Below are positions 54,765 through 64,000 of a stretch of 64,000 bases of DNA, piece by piece. The DNA is from Eledone cirrhosa (taxonomy: Eukaryota): the NCBI GenBank assembly GCA_964016885.1, contig OZ024743.1, positions 154,008,001 to 154,072,000 on the forward strand, written 5' to 3'. Below the pieces are notes generated by a model. The model had not been told where the DNA came from and did no database searches. It saw only the letters and a program-made list of their open reading frames with translations. Each line of letters opens with the position of its first letter. The first letter of the stretch is position 1. Both the position numbers and the translations under genes were made by a program.

Positions 54765-55499
54765 TTTTATGAAATGACTTTATGGACTTTAATTTAATTT
54801 TAATTAAATTTTTAATTAAATTCTAACAATATTTTTAAATCTTAACAATTGTTTTATCCTAAATTTAATTTTTTAACTTACCATTATAACTACTATAAAC
54901 ATAGCATAATGAACGTTATTTTTACGTTCAGAGTATTCATCCATGTAAAACTTATTTCTTCGTTCGCTTCGCTTCTCTTCACTATCACTATGCATAATCT
55001 TGTCGTTCCTTCTTCTTTCTTTCTCTTTTCTTCTCTCTCCCTTTCACTATTCTTTCTTACTCCCTTTCAATATTTTCCTCTCTCCCTCTCAATATTTTTT
55101 CTCTCTACCTTTTACGTCTCCATTCTTCCAACAGTTTAATTTAAATAAACCGTTGTTTTTCAATTTTTCTGACACTCATTTGCATACTCACTTATAACTT
55201 TGTATCACCCTCAATAAAATATTATCTCCACTATCCAGCGAACTTCAACCGTTAAGGTTGTCTTTTTTCCGGGTATGCCAATATTTATTTATGAAAGAAA
55301 TCTGTATATTTATCTCATGAAAGCGCGCCATAATTTGCCTTGGTTGCCCTTGAAATATAAATAATAAATAATTATGGTTTTATAAATATAGTTTCCATTT
55401 ATTAATATATCGAATATTTACTCCACTCTATGTTGAGTGCTTTATACCAGTTATAAAATTGTCAAGCTTGCTGAATCCCAACAAATTAAATATAACCTC

Positions 55500-55502
<3 letters not shown>
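54765..55502 (+). mobile_element. PLE 3' UTR/pLTR related to the 10289-13735 element, with a decayed HHR
   Basis: 55350-55502 matches the reverse complement of 10289-10435; CTCATGA...GAAA at 55314-55355. Confidence 0.7.
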
Positions 55503-55583
<81 letters not shown>

Positions 55584-55592
55584 TATATGTAC

Positions 55593-55759
<167 letters not shown>

Positions 55760-55830
55760 CATATATATATATATATATATAAAATAAAGATAAATAAAAG
55801 TCAAATGATTAAAATTTAGCTTCGTTTATT

Positions 55831-55887
55831 ACTGCTATATATATATTTAAGTGACAGCCATCTTTGGCTGTGACCTCTTCAGGCAGT
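55831..55887 (-). ncRNA. Hammerhead motif with G12 substitution
   Basis: actgc-CTGAAGA-ggtcacagcca-aaga-tggctgtcact-TAAA-tatatatata-gcagt. Confidence 0.6.
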
Positions 55888-56431
55888 TTGAATTAGTATG
55901 GTATAGACAAGTAAATATGTTGTTGAGGTGTATAATATTGTCAATACTCTGATATGCCCAGTTCCTTGTTGGGTTGTTATTTCACTGAGGAACTGGAGTC
56001 ATATGACTCCAGTTACGCAGTGGTTAGAGCATTGGGCTGGTGATGTGTTGTTTCCTTGAGCAATTCACTTTATTTCATATTGCAACAGTTTACTCAGCTA
56101 TAGAAATGATATGATAGGACTGCAAAGTGGTCGTGGTGGTGCCATGGCAAAAAATCACTCTGCCCACCCCATACTGTAAAGTAGACTTGTAGGTGCCACG
56201 GAAAAAGGCACGCAGCTGTAAATGAGGTTCCTGTATGAGCAAGACAAGGTCAGCCGACCAGACACTGCCCACCACAGGACAACCCGTCCAACCCATGCTA
56301 GCGTGGAAGAACTGTGATGATGATGATGAAATCTATATATCTATATCTATAAATATATAAATATAAATATGTATACGTACATACATATATGTATACAAAC
56401 GTACACTAGTATGTATATACATATATACATG

Positions 56432-56520
<89 letters not shown>

Positions 56521-56641
56521 GTAAGGGTTTATCGAACATCTATTATAATTCTCGGTTTTTTTTGTAAACAAACAGCCCGAATTAGTAGCCGTATAGTGTT
56601 CGGCAACCATCGTGGCCCTTTTGTTCAAGACTGACTAAGGA

Positions 56642-56684
56642 ACGATGAAATAGTATCTAGCTTATTAGCTGTCATCAGCATCGT
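56642..56684 (-). ncRNA. Minimal hammerhead, decayed 3' core
   Basis: acgatg-CTGATGA-cagct-aata-agcta-GATAC-TA-TTT-catcgt. Confidence 0.7.
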
Positions 56685-57170
56685 ATACCTTCCTCTCAGT
56701 CGATTGATCGTTTGACTGTATATACTTTCCTTATGCATATTAACGACTGAGCAGCCAAATTTGCATATCGTGTGAGTTAGTCGGCCTAGTGTACCGAAAA
56801 CGATAAATGGAAAAAATGAAATTTCATTACTCACTCTTAGTACGGCTGATACTTAAATATAAGTATGTAAACGTACATACATATATGTATACAGACGAAC
56901 ACTAGTATGTATATATATACAAGCATGCACCATATATATATATGTACGTATGGGTTTACCGAACATGTATACATATATGTATGTACGCATGCATATAAGT
57001 ATGTACGTATACATACTTATATTTAAGTATCAGCCGTATTTTTTCCAGTTATCGTTTTCGGTATGCCCGGCTGATTAACTCACTCAATATGCAAATTAGG
57101 CTGCTCAGCCGTTAATATACATAATGAAAGTATATACCTCCAAACGTTAAATCAACTGACAGCAAGGTAT

Positions 57171-57213
57171 ACGATGATGACGATAGCTAAGAAGCTAGAA
57201 ACTAGTTCATCGT
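57171..57213 (+). ncRNA. Minimal hammerhead, C3 substituted
   Basis: acgatg-ATGACGA-tagct-aaga-agcta-GAAAC-TA-GTT-catcgt. Confidence 0.72.
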
Positions 57214-57473
57214 TCCTTAGTGAGTGTTGAACAAAAGAGCCACGATGGTTGCCGAACACTGTACGGCTACTAATTCGGGCTGTTTGTTTACAAACAAACT
57301 GGGCATTATAATATATGTTCGGTAAACCCATACGTACATATATATATGTGTGTGCATGTATGTTTGTATATACATACTAGTGTAGGACTGTATACATATA
57401 TGTATGTACGTATACATACTTTTATTTAAGTATCAGCCGTACTAAGACTGAGAAATGAAATTTCATTTTTTCC

Positions 57474-57504
<31 letters not shown>

Positions 57505-57509
<5 letters not shown>

Positions 57510-58791
57510 AAGATAACAAGGACTATTGGTTTCTCCTTCATTATATTTATTGCTAGGTCACGCGCATTTCGCCACTGATCAGCTCAACGTTGGATCTGTA
57601 TCGATCTTACCCGACTCTATAATCCGCAGCTTGACGTTCCCGATGTTCCCTCTGTCTGTTTTAACCTACAATCCTTCGAAAAATTCGATCATGTAAATAT
57701 ACTGTCGCACAAACCACCACCGCCACCACTAGATACAACCCATACTTCAACAATCATTAACATCATTAACATCACCAACACATATCACCCCTCCCTCCCG
57801 GAACCACTGTGTTATATCTGCCCTCTCTGTCAGCCTTACCTTGTAAACAACCGTAGCATCTGATCATGTAAATATATTGTTGAATATCACGCCATCGCCA
57901 CCACCACCACCACCACCACCACTACCACACACACATCGCTATATGCTCACAGCCTTGTTTTCCCCGTCTTCCCTATGTCACTTTTTAACCTGAAATCCAT
58001 CGTATAATTCGATCCTGTATATTTTTTGTCTCTCACAACACCACCACCGCCACCACAAGACACATCTCTATACTCCAACAACCATTAACATCACTAACAT
58101 CGCCAACAAATACTTTCCCTCCCTAAACAACTCAAGCGTGTGTGTCTGTGTGTAAGTATATGTATATATATATACATATACTTACACACAGACAGGTCAC
58201 CAGTTGGTGCTACTGGTAACATGTATCCAAGTACAACCTGTCTCATGTTCGGGTCGTTGGCGACTAAACTGGCAACCCCACCAAGGTTTATTGGTGAGGA
58301 GGGTGACTTTGGACATCCTGCAGGACTAAAAACAAAACCTGTCAAAGGGCAAAGGAGCTCTTAAGAGTCAATGGTCATCCAAAATCACCGGGAGAGATGA
58401 CCCCTTAGCCTTTGTCAAGGCAGAATTCTAGGAGAAGGAAAACTCTGATATAACACCTGCAACCCTGATGGTATCCAATGATGTTGACTTGTTCTTCTTT
58501 TTGGTAAATATCATCTTGGCTAAGAGAGTGGGACTGGCTTTGTGCAGTGCCTTTGCTCACTATAAAAGCTTCACGGCGCAGGCATTGCTTTATGTCTGGA
58601 GATCTCTCTGCACTTCTCGTTACATGGTACCATGGGCCCAGCACTATGTGTCAATAATTGTCACAAGTGTTTGTACCAGAGTTTTCAAGTTGCTGGCTGG
58701 ACTAAAAAGTCACACTCGTTCAGCGCATCGGTAGGGGTTCTCCTACATGGATATAAAGTAGTGGCCGTACTCGAAAACGAGTTGGCAGCCA

Positions 58792-58839
<48 letters not shown>

Positions 58840-59560
58840 GTACAATGGCATCTCCATTGGCTCTCCCCCTCCCTCTAACTATGTACTACGCCATCCCCAC
58901 TGGCACTCCCCCCTCTCTCAATATACACGCACACATATGTGAATATATATATAAGTGTGTATATATATATATGTGTATGTATGTGTATGTGTGCGTATGT
59001 GTGTCCATGTGTGTATATGTCAGTATATATATACGCATGTGTATGTATACAACGCTTCTGTCAGACTAAGTGTGTCTAGGTATATATCTCCTCATTGTAT
59101 TTGACACCACCAACACATCCACCACACCACCATAAACACCATTACCATAAACAACAACACCACACCCACACACCACACACAATAATCAGCCACAAATATA
59201 TGCCAACATGTCTACCGACAATCCGCCCCCCCCCCCCCCACACCACGGCCCATCTCAGCCTGCTACCGTCCCCACCATCATGACATCCACCACCACATAC
59301 ACTACAGGTGAAAACATCACTATGATCTATTCCACCAATCAAAACAAGCCTTATTGACCAACATATGAACTTCTGACTTTATCATATAGCATGTATTCAA
59401 TTTCTACTAGCATTTTAAGGGGTTCATCGAGCTGCGGATGATAGAGTCGGGAAAGATCGATACAGATCGAACCTTGAGCTGATCAGTGGCGAAACGCGCG
59501 TCACCTACCAATAAATGTAATGAAGGAGTAACCAATCCTCCTTTTTATCTGTTCAATATA
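57505..59560. mobile_element. PLE-like non-coding remnant bounded by inverted ~130-bp termini (third copy at 19955-20047)
   Basis: 57511-57632 is the reverse complement of 59428-59550; contains GAAAC-GCGC-GTC and CAC-rich tails. Confidence 0.6.
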
Positions 59561-59637
59561 ATACTAATACACTCTGTATAGCTCTACACCTCGACACAGA
59601 AGTGAACCTAAATATCGAGTGCTCACCCGGGTACACT

Positions 59638-59703
<66 letters not shown>

Positions 59704-59885
59704 TATATATCTCCTTATAATATATAACCAGCAATTTCTCTGTCTGTCTGTCCGACAGTGGAAACACGTGCGCGCGTACGAATGTTTTTTGCGCACGCGT
59801 AGAGAGAGAGTGAGAGTGAAAGAAAGAGACAGACTGCAAGAGGGGGATAACGAGAGGGAGAGAGGGGGGAATTGAGGAGTGCTAG

Positions 59886-60097
59886 AGAAACATATATACA
59901 TTTCTGTGTGTGTGTAAGATATATATATATACACACACAGAAATATATATATATACACACAGAAATATATATGCATTTTAGTGTGTGTAATATATATAAA
60001 TATACACACAGAAATATATATATATTTCTGTGTGTGTAATATATATATATATATATATATATACATACACAGAAATATATATACATTTCTGTGTGTG

Positions 60098-60135
<38 letters not shown>

Positions 60136-60149
60136 CAGAAATATATATT

Positions 60150-60214
<65 letters not shown>

Positions 60215-60310
60215 CACACACAGAAATGTATATATATTTCTGTGTGTATATATATATATATTACACACAGAGAAATGTATATATATACACACAGAAATAT
60301 ATATACATCC
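59886..60310. repeat. Self-complementary minisatellite acacacagaaat(at)n-catttctgtgtgtg (also 60868-61003)
   Basis: Directly visible in alternating orientations. Confidence 0.8.
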
Positions 60311-60555
60311 CTTAGCTACTGTACTGTATCTGTTGCTATCTCTGTCTCCAGCTATCCCTCTCTTTTAATCTGTCTGTTTCTCTCACTCTCACTCTTTCTC
60401 TTTGTAACACACTAACATTCTTCCCCTCTATCGCTGTGACGAATGGGGAGATGGAGGAGGAGGAGGAGGGGTAGGAGGAGGAGGGAGTCACTTCGTCACT
60501 TCACCTCTGCCTTTCTTCCTCTCTCCTCTCACTCCCTCATTACGTACATACATTA

Positions 60556-60748
60556 GGGCGGTGGATTGGCAGAATTTGTAGAGAGTCGGACACCATGCTT
60601 CATAGCATGGAGTTACGTCCCTTTTCGGTCTGAGTTCAAATACCGCCGAGGTTAACTTCGCCTTTCATCCTAACGGGGTCGATAAAATAACGTACCAGTA
60701 ATGTATTGGGTTACTGCTGGCCTTGTGCCAAAAGTAGAAACAATTATT
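60556..60748 (+). mobile_element. tRNA-derived SINE, family A
   Basis: Full-length match. Confidence 0.9.
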
Positions 60749-60893
60749 AGAAACATTGCTTCATTTTTACATATCTAAGCATTAGTAAAATAACTAATAA
60801 TTTCAAAAGTAATTTTTCAATTCCAATTGTTATGAACAGCAAAACATTAATAATAATTTTGTTCTAAGAAATATATATACATTTCTGTGTGTG

Positions 60894-60974
<81 letters not shown>

Positions 60975-61002
60975 GAAATATATATACATTTCTGTGTGTG
61001 TA

Positions 61003-61044
<42 letters not shown>

Positions 61045-61301
61045 CGTTTCTGAATTTGTTTAGCAAGATTCTTTATCTGAAATCGTGTGTTGAAACCGAT
61101 ATTGTTATACTTTGGGAGGGTCATGTTGCCAATAAACAACTATCTGGTTGTGGAACCAACCAACCAATCAGAAATTTATAAGTTTGTAAATTTGTAAATT
61201 TATAAATTTATAAATTTATAAATTTATAAATATATAATAAATTGAAGTGAAAGCAACTGGTGCGTGTGTTTCTTATTGGCAACATGACCCTCCTAAAGTA
61301 T

Positions 61302-61440
<139 letters not shown>

Positions 61441-61459
61441 TATACACACACAGAAATAT

Positions 61460-61476
61460 ATTGGCATTTCTCTGTT

Positions 61477-61507
<31 letters not shown>

Positions 61508-62620
61508 CCTTCCCTAAAACTCAAATGTAGGTGCTATAGAAATATTACCTTCCCCTTCCTTTCACCACTTTGGTACTACCAAGAGAAACACTGTCGCTAT
61601 AGAAACATTACCTTCCCCTCTCTACTGACTTTGGTCACTGGGGCCGAGAGAATCGCTGGTTGCTATAGAGACACCTTGCACAAGCCAGAAGTAACCAGTT
61701 CGAGGCGGTTCTGACTTGACACCATGCCAAGGACCAATTGAGGATATATTTCCATCGTTATATCATAACGTTTATGTATCATAACGTTTATATATCCGTC
61801 ACTAATCTCTTTTTCTCCTTTTTCGTTTTAACATATATGTATTTCAAAGATTTCACCGTATAGATAACATATATATTTATACATGCCTAAAAGACACACC
61901 GAGAGGCGGTGAACATGTCGTGCCGAAAACATTTCTCATCCAAATCTCAACAATATCAGTATATAGACTAGATTTGCTAGCAGAAAACCGCCCACCGGGT
62001 GGTTTTCTGCTAGTCTACTATATAAATGGCATTTCTGTCTGTGTGTATGTAACCAGTTGGCATCTAAATCAGTGATCCGATCCTGATGAAACCTTACACA
62101 CCTGATAAGCTAATATTCAGAAACAGGACTGGCTAATCGGATTTTATTAAAAATCATTAATTTAACCCCTGGGGACATTAAACCCTCCCTCCCACTAGTC
62201 CCCCTTCCCCTCACACAAATCAGTCCTCTAAAACGAGGCAACAACTTATTTGTTTTTTTGTTCTTCATTCTGTAGGGAAAGAGAGAGAGGGGATGAGTGT
62301 AAAAGTTTAATAGAGAGAGGGAGGATGAGAGATAGAGAGAAAGAGAGCCAAAGAAAGAGAGAGAGGGGCATTAGAGGGAGAAAGAGAAAGAAAACAGAAA
62401 TGTTATCTCATAATTTGATAACTAACTTTTATTCATTAATTTTTTAAATGCTTCTTAACTAACTCCTTTCTTAACATTAATTCTCTTTCTCTCTTTCACA
62501 AAAGTTGTAATGAGGCGGTGTGTGTATGTGAGCGCGTGTGTGTGTGCATGGTCACATGTGTGTCTCAGCATTCTTAAATTAGAGACAAGTTTGCGTGTTT
62601 ATCACCGAATTTAACCCTTT
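61460..62620 (+). mobile_element. Helitron/Helentron-like non-autonomous elements in tandem
   Basis: (GTCT)n near the 5' end; terminal palindrome ctagcagaaaacc..ggttttctgctag; next unit starts TCtactatataaa. Confidence 0.5.
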
Positions 62621-63084
62621 ATCATTTAAACTGGCCATATCCGGCCAGAATGCTCTCACCTCTTTATATTCAAACTGGTCATAACCGGCCGCTCATACCG
62701 GTATTGTTCTCAAAATAAATAACATGAAAATCTCGTAGATCCGATATTATGTGAGATATTTTTGTGATGTAACGACTTTATCATGAAAATACAATAGTAT
62801 ATATAGAGTAATGTAAATACTAAAGGGATAGAGACATATATATCCCTTTCTACTGTCTCATGTGGGTATATATATATATATGAAGCAAAAGGAAAGGTTT
62901 TATGTGACACCTCGATCTACTAGAAATATTAGCAAAATCCATTTCAAATCACATGCTCAAACACACACACATGCTTTTATGTGTATGTAAGTCATGGAAG
63001 CCACTATAACTGTTGGTGTACGCACAAGAAATAGAAAACAAAGCTCCCTCAAACAAGATCCTGCTGCCATAGAGGTAAACGTTG

Positions 63085-63335
63085 GTGAAAGCTACATTGT
63101 AAACATTTTAATCCGCCCAGGCTCTGCTGCACTTTGGGCCAAGGAGGGTAAACTCTCCCTTTATCGGTCGCTCTCCGACAGATTTGTTGCTGAGCCCATA
63201 GCAATGGAGACTTCTGGTCTCCCTCGCTACCTCCAAACTCACCACAATCGGCACACATTTGGCTACCCGCAGGGGTGAGCCTCACAAGCCGGAATGGATT
63301 TTCCAGTGCGCCTTCCTCACCATATTCTATTCCGA
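63085..63335 (+). mobile_element. CRE-like RLE C-terminal fragment
   Basis: PGSAALWAKEGKLSLYRSLSDRFVAEPIAMETSG..GEP..EWIFQ. Confidence 0.65.
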
Positions 63336-64000
63336 CCAGCGGGCCCCCATTCGCTCATAATAGTGAGTGATGGGTAGATCGGGAGAAATGGGCAGTGACA
63401 GTGGGAGTTTGGTTCCTGGTGTATATATGTATTTATTTAACACACTTACACACATTTAAATAAACTTTCCTGAATTACAGAAATGAATAAATTCTTCATT
63501 CATTCATAAACCAATGTTAAATTTATTTTTTTATTTTATTTTATTTATGCTTTTTAAAATAGCCTTCTCATTTGTTTAAATTTCAGAGGTTGTGATTGTG
63601 AAAAAAAAGGATAAATAAATTCTAAATTTATTTTTTTGTCATGCCCTTTTCACTGACAACATACCTAATGATTCTTCCAAGTGCGAAGCATTATATATGC
63701 TGACTGTAATAGGGAGCAGTATTAAAAAAATCGCCACCGGACAAACCTAATAATATTTTTAAGTCACCCAACACTACACACTTGGAGGAATCTATGCACT
63801 ATCATTACACTTAACTGCAGCCATTGAGAAAGCAAGGGTCTCATCATAGATCCTGCAATCTTTCTGGTTTCTTTCAAGCTGGTTAAAACTAACTTTCAGA
63901 ACCCACTAACCTGATATTCTTCATGTAAAGTGACGGGACATGACAATTATGATTCCATCTAACTGCATCTCAGAAGGAGTATCTTTCGTCATCAAACTGT

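Larger units (their letters stand above)
56360..57478. mobile_element. Inverted pair of terminally redundant HHR repeat units, homologous to the 21-kb tandem family
   Basis: 56517-56866 is reverse-complemented at 57012-57338; the unit start recurs at 56369 and 56865; the second copy repeats tatttaagtatcagccgta at 57021 and 57423. Confidence 0.85.

Noticed and set aside
58190-58320. HDV-like or twister ribozyme in a GC-richer, LINE 5' UTR-like segment
   Set aside because: Could not build a complete pseudoknot fold by eye.
59420-59510. Complete hammerhead at GAAAC-GCGC-GTC
   Set aside because: Only the 3' half is canonical; no conserved CUGANGA in either copy.
62080-62100. CTGATGA motif (also at 5635, 37744 and 39727)
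   Set aside because: No correctly placed stem II plus GAAA.

Overview
AT-rich, repeat-dense animal genomic DNA with no convincing intact host gene. The SINE families, RTE, Dong/R4 and CRE LINEs, many Penelope-like elements (PLEs) and very long (TA)n tracts suggest a coleoid cephalopod such as Octopus; this is an inference from the repeat families. The only long real ORF is a 5'-truncated PLE reverse transcriptase plus GIY-YIG endonuclease (11878-13507, minus), flanked by an inverted hammerhead-bearing pLTR. Most other ORFs in the supplied track are microsatellite artefacts. Three things stand out. (1) About 14 hammerhead ribozyme (HHR) motifs, intact or decayed, folded by eye. (2) A non-coding ~466-nt tandem, terminally redundant HHR repeat family at 21.1-22.1 kb and 56.4-57.5 kb that keeps a perfect octamer (ATGCAAAT) upstream of the ribozyme, plus an unrelated 313-nt unit with an extended HHR; both are retrozyme-like circular-RNA candidates. 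(3) A decayed ~1.7-kb minus-strand stretch (5.3-7.0 kb) whose translated remnants fall in the motif order of a negative-strand RNA virus L polymerase, a candidate endogenous viral element. All folds, alignments and translations were done by eye, and repeat boundaries are approximate.
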